A stretch of DNA of 64,000 bases from Aulosira sp. ZfuVER01 (GCA_034530615.2 JAVRCV020000066.1:1-64000); one strand, 5' to 3'; positions 1-10,983 are shown, counted from the first letter of the stretch. The notes: generated by a model from the sequence alone, not told the origin. Numbers and translations are program-made.

Positions 1-62
1 AGGCTCAGAAGTTCATTAATGAGGCTCAGAAGTTCGTTAATGAGGCTCGGAAGTTTTTTATG
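1..62. repeat. 21-bp tandem repeat (AGGCTCAGAAGTTCATTAATG-like), about 3 copies, truncated by the window edge
   Basis: Units start at 1, 22 and 43 with no spacers; the third copy is degenerate. Confidence 0.85.
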
Positions 63-342
63 CAATCAAAGGGTGAGTTGATTGTGGTGATAAATGCGAT
101 CGCGATTGCATTTAGACAAACCTCATTTTTTTTACTAACCGCCAAGAGCGCCAAGTTCGCCAAGAATGATTAACCCAAAATCTTGAGTGTTCCTCTCTGC
201 GCCTCTCCGTCTCTGCGTGAGCTAAAACCCTTCTATTAACAAGCAAATTGATTGGAAAAGTATATAGATTTACAGACAACAAATACTAAAACAAAATTAA
301 GAAACTAGGTTTTTAACCTAGCAAAATAATAAAATAAGAAAC

Positions 343-356
343 GTAACTAGGAATAC
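343..356. promoter_or_regulatory. Candidate NtcA-binding site
   Basis: GTA-ACTAGGAA-TAC matches GTA-N8-TAC upstream of the nif satellite operon. Confidence 0.45.
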
Positions 357-401
357 AGATATTCCATTTGTTGCCTCGTTTACCTCATATTTATAAGCAG
401 T

Positions 402-600
402 TGAGTACAGCTTAATATATCGCAAAATAAGTTAGATAAATCGTTGCGAAGTGTTACAGCTAGAGAGTTTTGTGATGAGTACAGAAATTCTTAACCCCCT
501 ACCTCATAAATACTAGTACCCCTAACATAAAAACCTAGCACCCTTACCCCAAGAGCAATTTTAAATGTAGCTGCAATCGGGGTTACAGGGGTTGAGTGCA
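402..600 (+). promoter_or_regulatory. Candidate CnfR (PatB)-responsive nif promoter motifs
   Basis: TGAGTACA at 402-409 and 476-483 and TGAGTGCA at 593-600, all co-oriented upstream of nifP/cysE. Confidence 0.55.
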
Positions 601-708
601 AGCTTAATCAATCCAATAAATCCAATAGACATAGCATAGACTGTCATCTTTCAAGCTGCCTGATATAAGCATAAAAATAACACACGGCTCTTGAACCAGA
701 TAGTACCG

Positions 709-1461
709 ATGCAACAGTCATTAAATAGTATTAGAAATCCCAAGACTGCTATCAAGCCGGATTCTGCAAATACCTCCCTGCTCTTCAATCTACTCTCTGG
801 CAATTTTTTTGAGCCATTATTGAGTGATTTTCGGATTATTTTTGAACGCGATCCGGCGGCGCGTAATTGGCTAGAAGTAGTATTTTGCTACCCTGGATTG
901 CACGCTATATGTTTGCATCGTCTTGCACATTGGTTGCATCGTCGAAAAGTAGTTTTCATCCCGCGATTAATTTCTCACATCGGACGGTTTTTAACAGGAA
1001 TTGAAATTCATCCTGGTGCAGAGATTGGCAAGGGTGTATTTATCGACCACGGTATGGGTGTCGTCATTGGCGAAACTGCGATCGTGGGAGATTACACGCT
1101 AATTTATCAAGGTGTAACCCTTGGCGGTACTGGCAAAGAAAGCGGTAAGCGCCATCCTACCTTAGGGAATAATGTTGTGGTAGGTGCAGGTGCAAAAATT
1201 TTAGGCAATATTCAAATAAGCGATCGCGTCCGGGTTGGTGCAGGTTCAGTTGTATTACGAGATGTCCCCGCAGATTCTACTGTTGTTGGTATTCCCGGTC
1301 GAATTATTTCGCGCAAACAAGGCGAACCTTTGGAACACGGTAAGCTACCCGATGTAGAAGCCAGCGTCATGCGCTCTTTGCTTTCCCGTATAGAACAACT
1401 CGAACAACAACTGCAAGAGTTAAAAGTCCAGAGTCAAAAGTCCACAGCCAATAACAAATGA
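709..1461 (+). CDS. cysE: Serine O-acetyltransferase, nif-associated (NifP/CysE)
   Basis: [39 protein letters not shown] hexapeptide motifs; ATG 709 preferred over TTG 691. Confidence 0.93.
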   Translation: MQQSLNSIRNPKTAIKPDSANTSLLFNLLSGNFFEPLLSDFRIIFERDPAARNWLEVVFCYPGLHAICLHRLAHWLHRRKVVFIPRLISHIGRFLTGIEIHPGAEIGKGVFIDHGMGVVIGETAIVGDYTLIYQGVTLGGTGKESGKRHPTLGNNVVVGAGAKILGNIQISDRVRVGAGSVVLRDVPADSTVVGIPGRIISRKQGEPLEHGKLPDVEASVMRSLLSRIEQLEQQLQELKVQSQKSTANNK

Positions 1462-1477
1462 CAAAGGACAGATACTA

Positions 1478-1735
1478 ATGTTACCACCTAGTAGTTATAA
1501 CTCTTTGGGCGATCAAGTTTTGCAAATACCTTTAAGCGATCGCTGGCGCATCTATTACCGCTTGCAAGAATTAATGATTCCCTGTTCCTGTCCGGCTGAT
1601 GGTTCTTTGCGGGTGCAAGTGAATAGTCTGCAAGCTGCCATGCTCGTTCGTAGTACTGTAATGCAATTTCTGGCTTCTCGCCAAGAATTAGTAGACTGGT
1701 TAGAACGTTGCTGGCATGATACTGCTGAGTTTTGA
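1478..1735 (+). CDS. Small conserved nif-cluster protein (Asr1405/Asl0597-like)
   Basis: DRWRIYYRLQELMIPCSC and LVDWLERCW motifs; position after nifP. Confidence 0.75.
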   Translation: MLPPSSYNSLGDQVLQIPLSDRWRIYYRLQELMIPCSCPADGSLRVQVNSLQAAMLVRSTVMQFLASRQELVDWLERCWHDTAEF

Positions 1736-1775
1736 CAGGTTTCATGAAATCAACCATCCTCAGTTCATAGTATCT

Positions 1776-1811
1776 GTCATTGCAACCGGAACGCAGTCAA
1801 GGGAAGCAATC
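1776..1811. repeat. Half copy of the GTCATTGC...GAAGCAATC REP-like palindrome
   Basis: Resembles the left half of the complete element at 54450-54524. Confidence 0.5.
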
Positions 1812-2105
1812 AGCTATGACAACAGACCGCAACTTAGAATAAATCCAAAATTGGATGTTGCCAGCATTATTGATAATTTTTGCACATATGCATAATCATC
1901 TCTGAGGTTTAGAAGTAGAAGTTACTGTTCCCTAGCGAATTTTATTGCAGACTGAGAAAGTAACGCCTCACTTGGGTTGACTCCCGTCTGCTAAATTTGA
2001 AATTTTCTTGACATATTTTGGCAAATAAAAAGGTGAAGTTACAAAGGAGGAGTTGTAATTTCAAATTTTTAATGTTTGCCACAATCCAAAATTGTAAAGT
2101 CCGAT

Positions 2106-2303
2106 ATGCTCATCCGTAACAGCAATATAGAATTACTCAACTTTTTGCATAATGAACTTGAACTTTCCAGCGCTGATATTGCTGTCGCGCTACGACACCG
2201 AGAATTAGATAATGGGCCTTTACCAATGCTGCTTTGGCAGTATGGACTAGTTAATTTAGAGCAGCTTGAGCGGATTTTTGATTTGCTAGATGAGCAAATT
2301 TAA
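2106..2303 (+). CDS. DUF2949-family small protein
   Basis: LPMLLWQYGLVNLEQLERIFD signature; ATG 2106 in frame with the track ORF. Confidence 0.8.
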   Translation: MLIRNSNIELLNFLHNELELSSADIAVALRHRELDNGPLPMLLWQYGLVNLEQLERIFDLLDEQI

Positions 2304-2582
2304 CTATTGTATGAAGGCAGATAGCAGAGGGCAGGAGACAGAAGGAAACATCTGGAAAAGAAATTGTAAATGATACCAACTTTTGGTTTTCTGCCATACA
2401 GATGTTTTGAGTTTTAATGGAGCATAATGAAGAGTCATGAATCATGTCTTATAAGATTCTTAAGCATTTACCGTTACTTTGTTGAAATTATATAGGCATT
2501 TACCATTAGTGGCGATTGCAGATAACCAGTTATGCAATCTAGAAACAATATTAAGAATAATTCCCATAGTGAGATATTTGAG

Positions 2583-3716
2583 ATGAGTCAAATCCTAATT
2601 AATGACACTACATTACGTGATGGCGAACAAGCAGCAGGTGTTGCCTTTAACTTAGAAGAGAAAGTTGCGATCGCTAAGTTTCTAGATGCCATTGGTGTTC
2701 CCGAATTAGAAGTCGGTATTCCGGCGATGGGAGAAGAAGAAACACGCGCTATCTCAGCAATTTCTAACTTGGGTTTACAAGCGAAATTGCTCGGCTGGAA
2801 CCGCGCTGTCATGTCAGATATTAAGGCTTCTATTGTTTGTGGTTTACAGCGAGTACATATTGCCATTCCTGTGTCTGGTATCCAAATTGCTGCCAAATTT
2901 CATGGACAGTGGCGAGTAAGTCTGCAAAAACTCAAAGATTGTGTCAGCTTCGCCGTTGATAATGGTCTTTGGGTAGCAGTAGGCGGAGAAGATTCCTCAA
3001 GAGCCGATGAAAACTTCCTCTTAGACGTAGCGCTATATGCTCAAGAATGGGGTGCATCGCGGTTTCGCTTTTGCGACACTGTCGGAGTTCTCGATCCTTT
3101 TAGTACCTACAATAAAGTCAAGCGGCTAGCTTCAGCTTTGATGATTCCGCTAGAAATCCACACCCACAATGATTTTGGCTTGGCTACTGCTAATGCTCTT
3201 GCTGGTATTAAAGCCGGAGCATCATCAGTTAATACCACAGTTAACGGCTTGGGTGAACGAGCTGGAAACGCAGCTTTAGAAGAAGTTGTTATGGCCATCA
3301 AACGCATTTATGGCCATGATTTAGGTATTGACACTCCCCGATTGTTGGAACTATCTCAACTAGTTGCTTCTGCATCAGGTTGCAGTGTTCCACCTTGGAA
3401 AGCCATTGTTGGCGAAAATACCTTTGCGCACGAATCTGGAATCCATGCTCATGGCGTGTTGCAAAACCCCGTCACTTACGAACCATTTGCGCCGGAAGAA
3501 GTAGGTTGGGAACGCCGTTTAGTAGTTGGTAAACATTCTGGTCGCCACTTAGTATCTAGCGTTTTAGAACAGCACGGGATCTTTCTCAACTCACAAGAAA
3601 CCCAAACTGTCTTAGATGCAGTGCGCCAGCAATCAATCCAGAAAAAACGCAGCCTGACTACAGAAGAACTGTTAAATCTAGCTAGGGAACAGAGGTATTC
3701 TCATGCAACCCGATGA
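2583..3716 (+). CDS. nifV: Homocitrate synthase NifV
   Basis: [36 protein letters not shown]; followed by nifZ/nifT; ATG 2583 likely. Confidence 0.95.
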   Translation: MSQILINDTTLRDGEQAAGVAFNLEEKVAIAKFLDAIGVPELEVGIPAMGEEETRAISAISNLGLQAKLLGWNRAVMSDIKASIVCGLQRVHIAIPVSGIQIAAKFHGQWRVSLQKLKDCVSFAVDNGLWVAVGGEDSSRADENFLLDVALYAQEWGASRFRFCDTVGVLDPFSTYNKVKRLASALMIPLEIHTHNDFGLATANALAGIKAGASSVNTTVNGLGERAGNAALEEVVMAIKRIYGHDLGIDTPRLLELSQLVASASGCSVPPWKAIVGENTFAHESGIHAHGVLQNPVTYEPFAPEEVGWERRLVVGKHSGRHLVSSVLEQHGIFLNSQETQTVLDAVRQQSIQKKRSLTTEELLNLAREQRYSHATR

Positions 3717-3990
3717 ATTAGAACTTGACTTGCCACCTATTTTTGAAATCGGTCAAAAAGTAAGACTGCGTAAGTTAATCAAAAACGATGGCACATTTCC
3801 CGGTCAAGACATCGGGGTAGTTTTAGCCAAAAAGGGAGATGTCGGCTACGTTGCAAGTATAGGTACATATTTGCAGAGATCCTATATTTATGCCGTGCAT
3901 TTCTTAGATACAGGGTTCGTCGTTGGTTGTCGCAAAAAAGAACTAGAATCTGTTGAGGAAATTAATGAAAGTAATGCTACGGATGAATGA
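3703..3990 (+). CDS. nifZ: Nitrogen fixation protein NifZ
   Basis: [26 protein letters not shown] motifs; overlaps the nifV end. Confidence 0.93.
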   Translation: MQPDELELDLPPIFEIGQKVRLRKLIKNDGTFPGQDIGVVLAKKGDVGYVASIGTYLQRSYIYAVHFLDTGFVVGCRKKELESVEEINESNATDE

Positions 3991-4168
3991 TGCTGGTCAT
4001 TTGGTTGTCTACGTCGCTAAAAAAGACTTAGAAGAAGAAGTAGTCAAACAAACAGACGGCGCAGAGGGGAAAATTCTCACTCTAGCTAATGGCTGGGAAT
4101 TAGAATTTCGTGAATTGCCAGACCAAAACAGTTTACCTCTAACAGTAGAAGCTAAACGCCTCGCCTAA
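3965..4168 (+). CDS. nifT: Nitrogen fixation protein NifT/FixU
   Basis: MKVML, YVAKKDLEE, LANGW, LPLTVEA motifs; ATG 3965. Confidence 0.92.
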   Translation: MKVMLRMNDAGHLVVYVAKKDLEEEVVKQTDGAEGKILTLANGWELEFRELPDQNSLPLTVEAKRLA

Positions 4169-4212
4169 AATAATGATGGGGGAGATAGGAATTGGGGAAG
4201 CATCTATCTCTT

Positions 4213-4439
4213 ATATCATGTCCTACTAATTACTTGATTGCTATAGATATCTAATTTGGTTTGTCATTTGTCATTTGACTTTGTTCACAAGCCAATAATT
4301 AGGTAATACTATAGTAATTTAGCTGAGAAATATCATGTATCTTTAAATATAGCTAATTTGAACTAATGCGGCAACGCCAAAAGTTTTAATTATTGTTAAT
4401 TTATAGTGCATGATATAGGTATTCTATTGGACATGATAT
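4213..4439. mobile_element. MITE-like remnant bounded by ATATCATGTCC/GGACATGATAT
   Basis: Perfect 11-bp inverted termini at 4213-4223 and 4429-4439, with a similar inner pair at 4330-4339/4407-4416; no ORF. Confidence 0.5.
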
Positions 4440-4495
4440 CACCCGTTTAGATTCAGGTTGAACTAAGTTTAATTTTGAATTGTGAGTTGCTGAAC

Positions 4496-5032
4496 ATGGG
4501 TGAAAAATATCGGACATTATCGGAATTGAACCTTGAGGGTAAATTTCTAGGTTTTGTTGGTGATGAAGGGAAATTTAAATATTTGCGATTAGCAATTCCC
4601 GCCGGGAATTTGCAAGTTAAAGTTCCTAAAGAGTTACGCGGTTCTTTGGGTGTATCTTTAGTACCTGGAGAACAAATTCGCGTTGATGGGATTAGTCAAT
4701 TAAATCCGCACACAGGTAAAATAAAATTCAAAGCATTCCGGGTAAAATCAACTGGTGTTTGCCCAATAGAAAATCTGCCACTTCAAACCAAAGCAAAGAT
4801 AATGGTTTGTCAGAAATCTGGTTGCCTCAAACGAGGTGGCAAAGGTTTAGTGTCAGAATTAGAAAAAACATTGTGCGATCGCGGTTTACTCGACAAAGTG
4901 ACAATTGAGCATACAGGCTGCCAAAAACGTTGCAGCAGCGCACCTAACTGCGTAGTACGTATTGGTAAAAAGCAATACAAGAAAATTCATCCAGAAGCGA
5001 TCGCATCTCTCTTGGAAAATCACTTAACTTAA
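4496..5032 (+). CDS. Thioredoxin-like (2Fe-2S) ferredoxin domain protein
   Basis: C-terminal VCQKSGC...TGCQKRCSSAPN cysteine pattern. Confidence 0.8.
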   Translation: MGEKYRTLSELNLEGKFLGFVGDEGKFKYLRLAIPAGNLQVKVPKELRGSLGVSLVPGEQIRVDGISQLNPHTGKIKFKAFRVKSTGVCPIENLPLQTKAKIMVCQKSGCLKRGGKGLVSELEKTLCDRGLLDKVTIEHTGCQKRCSSAPNCVVRIGKKQYKKIHPEAIASLLENHLT

Positions 5033-5067
5033 GTCCAGGCTTCTTTCTAAATGTATACATTTCTTGT

Positions 5068-5092
5068 TAAAGGGTAAAATTTTTACCCTTTA
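5068..5092. terminator. Inverted repeat, probable terminator after the nif-linked genes
   Basis: TAAAGGGTAAAA-T-TTTTACCCTTTA perfect 12-bp arms followed by a T-rich tract. Confidence 0.6.
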
Positions 5093-5253
5093 TTTGTTGT
5101 GGGTATATTGCCACTGTTGCCAACGAGCGATCGCCTGAGTTAAAACTGTTGCAATCTAAATAATCGTCAGGTGTGTTAGCTGAAGCATAACGCACCGCAA
5201 ATGCTAATTTTTATTTTTAAATTTATATATTAATTCTATTAGTTTTATTCTAA

Positions 5254-6417
5254 ATGTCTTTATTTACTAAATTACTCAATCTGCATTCAGGCGCTAAACC
5301 ACTTGAAGATTTTTTTACTGAGCTCGTGGCTTACTTTTGGTCTTTGAATGAGGGTATTTTAATTGATTGGCTAAAACATCACTCAATTATTAGTGATGAG
5401 CTTTATTCCAAAATCAAGGTTTCCACGCAACAAGAATATCAAGCACTGACGAAGCATACTCAGGATAGTAGGCTTGATATCGTGGTTGAATTATCAAATG
5501 GCTTAAGTACAGATGTAATATTTTTTGAATCAAAAATTGGCTCTTCAGAAGGATGGGGACAATTAGAAAAATATGCTGATATTTTGAGTAACTTACCAAA
5601 CTTAAGATATCGAATTTTAATTTATATCACCCGTGATTATGACCCAAAAGAAGAAATCAAACAATATTGCCTTGAGTTATCACCCAAAGTAAATTTCTTC
5701 CAACTGAGGTGGTATCAGTTTTATAGCTTTCTAGAAAAACGTGCATTTGATAGCTTAGCCGAAGAAATATTAATTTTTATGAGGAATAACAAAATGTCTC
5801 AGAATAACCAATTTTCATCAGTTGACTTATTGACAATGGTGAATTTTAACAAAACTCTCCATCTCATGGAATCAACTCTCAGCGATGAAGTACAGCAAGA
5901 ATTTAAGCTAGCTTTTGGAGGTGTTATCAAAGGCGCAGCAAGTAGGACTCAATGGAAATGGGATGAGAGATATATTATCTACACCCACTTTTCTCCTTCC
6001 ACATGGGACTTATGGTGTGGCGTTGGATACTTCAGTTTGAATCCAAGTAATTTAACTGATTATCCAAATTTAGGTATATTTTTGCAGGTTTCACAGAAGT
6101 TTGAACAACGCCCAAAAATTATTGAATCTATGCAGAAAATAGTTAACGATAAGCCTAATATCTGGACTCCTGTTAATTTAAAAGTTTTGCCAGCTTGGTC
6201 AGGTATATTTTATCGGAAAAGCCTACAAGATTTTTTATCTGAAGAAAACCACATATCTGCTATTAAATTATTTTTTCAAGAGTCAATAAAAGAATTAAAA
6301 ACGGTTCAAGGACAATATTTTGATTTTCCTTGGAAGGGTGTAAGTATAGAAGCAACTACAGAAGCCGATAAAGAAGAAGAGCTAGATATCTGCTCAACTT
6401 CTATCGGTGGAATTTAA
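5254..6417 (+). CDS. PD-(D/E)XK nuclease superfamily protein
   Basis: EDFFTE...RLDI...FFESK...QLEKY catalytic pattern; AT-rich coding sequence. Confidence 0.75.
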   Translation: MSLFTKLLNLHSGAKPLEDFFTELVAYFWSLNEGILIDWLKHHSIISDELYSKIKVSTQQEYQALTKHTQDSRLDIVVELSNGLSTDVIFFESKIGSSEGWGQLEKYADILSNLPNLRYRILIYITRDYDPKEEIKQYCLELSPKVNFFQLRWYQFYSFLEKRAFDSLAEEILIFMRNNKMSQNNQFSSVDLLTMVNFNKTLHLMESTLSDEVQQEFKLAFGGVIKGAASRTQWKWDERYIIYTHFSPSTWDLWCGVGYFSLNPSNLTDYPNLGIFLQVSQKFEQRPKIIESMQKIVNDKPNIWTPVNLKVLPAWSGIFYRKSLQDFLSEENHISAIKLFFQESIKELKTVQGQYFDFPWKGVSIEATTEADKEEELDICSTSIGGI

Positions 6418-6455
6418 TTAAAGCTATTTTAAAATAAAACTAACTCTACATTCTC

Positions 6456-6788
6456 TTAGATGGCAGCTAATTTTTTTCTTGGGGATGACTTGTTCTCAAT
6501 ATTTAAATAGAGTTGCATCCAAAATACGCTGATCGAAGGTTTACTACGACCTTTTATATAATGCTTTGGTACATCAGAATATTGAAACGACTGTTCACTG
6601 ACAAATAATCTACCTGCCACTTTAGCTTGAGTAGAAGAGAGATGATGGTTGCTAGTAGTTTCTTCGACTTCAGGAAGTAAATGTGCAACTCCAAATAGTT
6701 TTCCCAGAGGTGATGTTTTGAGACAAGCTTGCCTTTGAGCATGAGTCATCATCTCACTTGACCCTGCTCTAATTTCATTACTGTTCAT
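6456..6788 (-). CDS. Hypothetical protein (110 aa), translationally coupled to the upstream gene
   Basis: ATG at 6788 overlaps the upstream gene's end by 11 nt; no recognisable domain. Confidence 0.5.
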   Translation of the reverse strand: MNSNEIRAGSSEMMTHAQRQACLKTSPLGKLFGVAHLLPEVEETTSNHHLSSTQAKVAGRLFVSEQSFQYSDVPKHYIKGRSKPSISVFWMQLYLNIENKSSPRKKLAAI

Positions 6789-7347
6789 ATAGCTTTGCTC
6801 CTCCCCATTGACTTTTATGTCGCTGACAGAATTCTGCTGCTGCTGTTCGTGAAAATCTGAAGCCATATAAATCTTCTCCAGGGGTGCTACGTGTGAAACC
6901 GAGATACTCCATCTGAACCTTATCTCTGTAGTATGACACAGCTGTATCTAGAGCTTCTAGGATCACTAGTGGATCATCTGCTTGTGTTTGACAAAATTCC
7001 AAACCAACCTTGGTTGCATACCAAATTAACCATTTACCGATTGGCTCAATTAACCGTTCAGCTTTATCTCCTCGACTTGTAGGATGGGCTTCTATATGTT
7101 CTATTTCTAGAAACTTGGGATATCCAGGATAGGGATAAAGACCATAGTGTACTAATCCCCAAATTTTGCCTTCATAAACAAGTTTGACTATATTTTCACA
7201 TTCAAAATTGGCATTGTTCCAGAAGTTTAACCAGCTACAAGACCAATCAGTTGGCATATCATTTGCTTTAGCTGGAGAGAGAAAAGCTATTTCGTCAGTC
7301 GTCGATTTGATTCGCACTTTGACCTGATAGGAGCCAATGGTAGTCAA
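6778..7347 (-). CDS. Putative GNAT-fold acetyltransferase-like protein
   Basis: LEIEHIEAHP...IGKWLI (motif A-like) and LEALDTAVSYY (motif B-like). Confidence 0.55.
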   Translation of the reverse strand: MTTIGSYQVKVRIKSTTDEIAFLSPAKANDMPTDWSCSWLNFWNNANFECENIVKLVYEGKIWGLVHYGLYPYPGYPKFLEIEHIEAHPTSRGDKAERLIEPIGKWLIWYATKVGLEFCQTQADDPLVILEALDTAVSYYRDKVQMEYLGFTRSTPGEDLYGFRFSRTAAAEFCQRHKSQWGGAKLYEQ

Positions 7348-7467
7348 TTAACTTTTACAACCTTTTATTGGAAATATTTAAGCTCCAAAGATTATAAAGC
7401 GACTACCAAGTTAGATAGCAATTAACAGATTAAGCTAATTCTTAGACTATAATGGTGAAGTTTCTCC

Positions 7468-8874
7468 TTATCCTTCCTTCGCAATCAAATCCTCCATTGC
7501 GTGCTGTAAATCATTGGTCAATTCAGTTACGGCTTGCTTCGCCCCTAAGCGATTACTTTTGTACACTGGATAACGTTCAGACACAGATATCGGCTCACCA
7601 ATGCTGATTTTTACCTGTTGTTTACCCAATTGCGGACGGTGCAATAGGCTATTAGTGCCTTGAATTTTATTTACCATATCCCTCAAAAGTAGGGTGGTTT
7701 CAGCAAACCTTTCTGCTGTGGGTTTGGCTTTAATATAGCTACCAGAAACAGCAACAAAACTTTCTACTAAACGCATATGCCACATTCGGCGGTTTGCTTC
7801 TTCGGCTACACGATCGCCTAAAGCGTGTTCTATGGGAGATAATGCTTTGATATCCTTAAACTCTTCTCTAAAGATATAATTCCAGCCTGCTTGCTCTACC
7901 CGCCGACAACGATCGTTCCAAGCTCCCTTAGGTGCTAAGTCAAAATACTGCTCTGACATTTGTAATGCTATGTGCATCAATGCTTGCAAGCGAGCTGTTA
8001 ACGCTTGATTGCGATCGCTTGTTTCTTCTGGTGCCAAAATAATCTCTGGCAGCTTTTGATGGTAAAACTTTGTGTAAAACTCTTCCATCAACGTCAATAA
8101 CTTTTCTGCCAAAGTCAACAAGCGCGGATAAAGGGACTCAATTGTTGCACTATTGCCATTTTCCGATGGATTTACAGGTAAACCACTAGCCGCTTCTAAT
8201 TCACTTAACAGCTGTGCGATCGCACCCCAAGGCGCAGCAACGTAACTATATTTAATCCCAACTGGTACAATTAAAACCTGCTCGGAGCGTCCAGCTTTGT
8301 GCAAATCTTCAGCACACCAAAAGCCTAATTGAGCAATACCTGGTTCTAGGGGACTGATAATCTCCGATAAACCATTGGTGGCTCCTTCTGGCGCAGCAGC
8401 CATCGGAAATTTCCCATTGGCAAATAAATCGCGCGCCGAACGCAAACCATTCCAGTCAGCTTTCCCTCGCTGGATGGGAGTACCGCCTAAATGCGAAGCC
8501 AGCCAGCCAATATGTTGACCTGCCCATAGAGGAATGCCGCGATCGTAGATAAAATGAGCATGAATTGGAGTTTCAATTTTTATGCCCTGTTCTCGTGCTA
8601 CTTGAGGTACGAGTTGCGAAAGTAAGTAGCCTAAACAAACCGGATCTTCCGTTTTGGGATGGCGAAATGCTAACAAAAAACGAATCTTACCTTCCTGAAA
8701 TTGACGATAGAGATCGGCTAAAATCTCTACGTCGTCAGCTTCAATGTGGGTAATCGCTGTTTTCCAGTTGATCCAGCTTGGAAGTAACAGGTGCGCCAAT
8801 TGGAGTAATAAAGGGTTAAACGCGGGAGGAATAAATTCTAAAGGTGGTTGTGCTTGGTAAATTCCGTTAGACAA
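7468..8874 (-). CDS. Phospholipid/glycerol acyltransferase family protein (PlsC-like)
   Basis: RHPKTED (HX4D), GGTPIQRG and APEG motifs. Confidence 0.8.
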   Translation of the reverse strand: MSNGIYQAQPPLEFIPPAFNPLLLQLAHLLLPSWINWKTAITHIEADDVEILADLYRQFQEGKIRFLLAFRHPKTEDPVCLGYLLSQLVPQVAREQGIKIETPIHAHFIYDRGIPLWAGQHIGWLASHLGGTPIQRGKADWNGLRSARDLFANGKFPMAAAPEGATNGLSEIISPLEPGIAQLGFWCAEDLHKAGRSEQVLIVPVGIKYSYVAAPWGAIAQLLSELEAASGLPVNPSENGNSATIESLYPRLLTLAEKLLTLMEEFYTKFYHQKLPEIILAPEETSDRNQALTARLQALMHIALQMSEQYFDLAPKGAWNDRCRRVEQAGWNYIFREEFKDIKALSPIEHALGDRVAEEANRRMWHMRLVESFVAVSGSYIKAKPTAERFAETTLLLRDMVNKIQGTNSLLHRPQLGKQQVKISIGEPISVSERYPVYKSNRLGAKQAVTELTNDLQHAMEDLIAKEG

Positions 8875-8895
8875 GGTAGTTTGCTCCTAATTAAA

Positions 8896-9155
8896 CAGAT
8901 GAAGGAGATGAGGGAAGAAGAGAGACAAAGGGACGCGGGGACGCGGTGAACCACTTGCGGTGGACGGGTTCCCCGGCATAAGCAAAGTGGTGTTCCCCGG
9001 AGGGGTTCTCGCAGAGTACCCGAAGGGAGAAATAACAAATGACAAAGGACAAATGACCAATGACAAATAACAAATGATACGCAAAGCGCAGTAAAAAATT
9101 CAAATGAATAACACTTTATACTTCATAATTCATACTTCATCATTCATAATTCATT
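8896..9155. repeat. Composite of short tandem repeats and small dispersed repeats
   Basis: GATGA(A/G)GGA, GGGACGCG, AAATGAC and TTCATA(A/C) tracts; a palindromic element at 8951-8990 related to 11983-12027. Confidence 0.75.
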
Positions 9156-9180
9156 AGTAATTCGCGAAAGGGAATAAACG

Positions 9181-10983
9181 ATGCGACTGTCACAAATGTT
9201 ATTCGTTACACTGAGAGATGATCCAGCTGATGCAGAAATTCCCAGTCATAAATTATTACTGCGTGCAGGTTATATTCGTCGCATCGGTAGCGGTGTTTAT
9301 GCTTATCTGCCATTGATGTGGCGGGTATTGCAAAAAGTTTCCCAGATTGTCCGCGAAGAAATGAACGCCACAGGCGCACAAGAATGTTTATTACCGCAAT
9401 TACAACCTGCGGAGTTATGGAAAGAATCAGGACGCTGGGATACTTACACGAAAGCTGAGGGGATTATGTTTTCCCTCATCGACCGTCGAGAGCAACAATT
9501 AGGATTAGGGCCGACTCATGAGGAAGTGATCACTACGATCGCGCGTGATATGATTCGCTCTTACCGTCAGCTACCATTGCATCTCTACCAAATTCAAACG
9601 AAATTCCGTGATGAAATTCGTCCCCGCTTTGGTTTGATGCGCGGACGGGAATTTATCATGAAGGACGGCTATTCTTTCCATGTCGATGAAGAAAGCCTCA
9701 AAGCCACTTACCAAGATATGTACAAGGCTTACACCAATATGTTGCGGCGTGCTGGTTTGGCTTTCCGTGCAGTGGAAGCTGACTCTGGTGCTATTGGCGG
9801 TTCTGGTTCCACAGAATTCATGATCCTGGCGGAAGCGGGAGAAGATGAAGTTCTCTACACTGAAGATGGCAAATACGCCGCTAATGTGGAAAAAGCTGTT
9901 TCTTTACCCGTTGATGCGGTAACTTCACAGTTTACAAGCTATGAGAAACGGGAGACACCAGGAACAGACACCATTGAAACAGTCTGTAAATTGCTCAAAT
10001 GTTCTCCTACCCAAGTGGTGAAGAATGTTCTTTACCAAACAGTTTATGACAATGGCACAACGGTTTTAGTTCTGGTAAGTATTAGAGGGGATCAGGAAGT
10101 TAACGAAGTCAAGTTACAAAATGAATTGACCAAGTTAGCTGCTAATTACGGTGCTAAAACTATCATTGCCTTGAATGTACCCAGTGCGGAAACACAAAGT
10201 ACATGGACAGCAAAATCTCTACCTTTAGGCTATATTGCCCCTGATATCGCCGATGAATATATTAAGGGCGATAAACAGGTACATCCCAAGTTTTTGCGAC
10301 TTGTAGATAAAACAGCTGTTGATTTAAAGAACTTCGTCACTGGCGCAAACGAAACTGGTTATCACGTAGTTGGTGCTAACTGGGGAGAGCAATTTAAATT
10401 ACCTGAGTTTGTAGTAGATATTCGCAAAGCCAGACCAGGCGATCGCGCTCTCCACAACCCAGAACAAACCCTACAAAGCGCTCGTGGGATAGAAGCTGGT
10501 CACATCTTCCAATTGGGGACGAAGTACTCTGTGGCGATGGGTGCAACTTATACCAATGAACAAGGGGAAGAAAAACCTTTAGTCATGGGTTGCTATGGCG
10601 TGGGCGTGTCACGACTAGCGCAAGCGGCTGTAGAGCAATCCTACGATAAAGATGGGATTATTTGGCCAGTAGCGATCGCACCCTATCATGCGATCGTCAC
10701 AATTCCCAACATTAAAGATGCCCAACAAGTGGAAATTGCCGAAAAACTCTACAAAGAATTAAATCAAGCCGGAATTGAAACTTTACTAGATGACCGTGAT
10801 GAACGGGCAGGAGTAAAATTCAAAGATGCCGATTTGATAGGCATACCTTACAGAATCGTCACAGGAAGAGCGATCGCTAATGGCAAGGTAGAAGTTGTAC
10901 AAAGAGCAACTCGTCAATCTCAAGAAATTGACATTAATGAAGTGACAAGTACAATCAAACAATGGATTACAGCAGTGATATAA
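9181..10983 (+). CDS. proS: Proline--tRNA ligase
   Basis: [44 protein letters not shown] motifs. Confidence 0.98.
   Translation: MRLSQMLFVTLRDDPADAEIPSHKLLLRAGYIRRIGSGVYAYLPLMWRVLQKVSQIVREEMNATGAQECLLPQLQPAELWKESGRWDTYTKAEGIMFSLIDRREQQLGLGPTHEEVITTIARDMIRSYRQLPLHLYQIQTKFRDEIRPRFGLMRGREFIMKDGYSFHVDEESLKATYQDMYKAYTNMLRRAGLAFRAVEADSGAIGGSGSTEFMILAEAGEDEVLYTEDGKYAANVEKAVSLPVDAVTSQFTSYEKRETPGTDTIETVCKLLKCSPTQVVKNVLYQTVYDNGTTVLVLVSIRGDQEVNEVKLQNELTKLAANYGAKTIIALNVPSAETQSTWTAKSLPLGYIAPDIADEYIKGDKQVHPKFLRLVDKTAVDLKNFVTGANETGYHVVGANWGEQFKLPEFVVDIRKARPGDRALHNPEQTLQSARGIEAGHIFQLGTKYSVAMGATYTNEQGEEKPLVMGCYGVGVSRLAQAAVEQSYDKDGIIWPVAIAPYHAIVTIPNIKDAQQVEIAEKLYKELNQAGIETLLDDRDERAGVKFKDADLIGIPYRIVTGRAIANGKVEVVQRATRQSQEIDINEVTSTIKQWITAVI

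Noticed and set aside
1..62. 21-bp repeats as a CRISPR array
   Set aside because: Units are contiguous with no unique spacers, and no cas genes are in the window
709..5032. nifP-nifVZT satellite cluster as a novel system
   Set aside because: This arrangement is already known in heterocystous cyanobacteria; no interruption element or recombinase is visible
6789..6866. Longer start for the 6456 ORF
   Set aside because: It would overlap the upstream gene by 89 nt; the coupled ATG at 6788 is more plausible
8838..9103. Three short overlapping minus-strand ORFs
   Set aside because: They are translations of STRR and dispersed-repeat DNA with no protein signature
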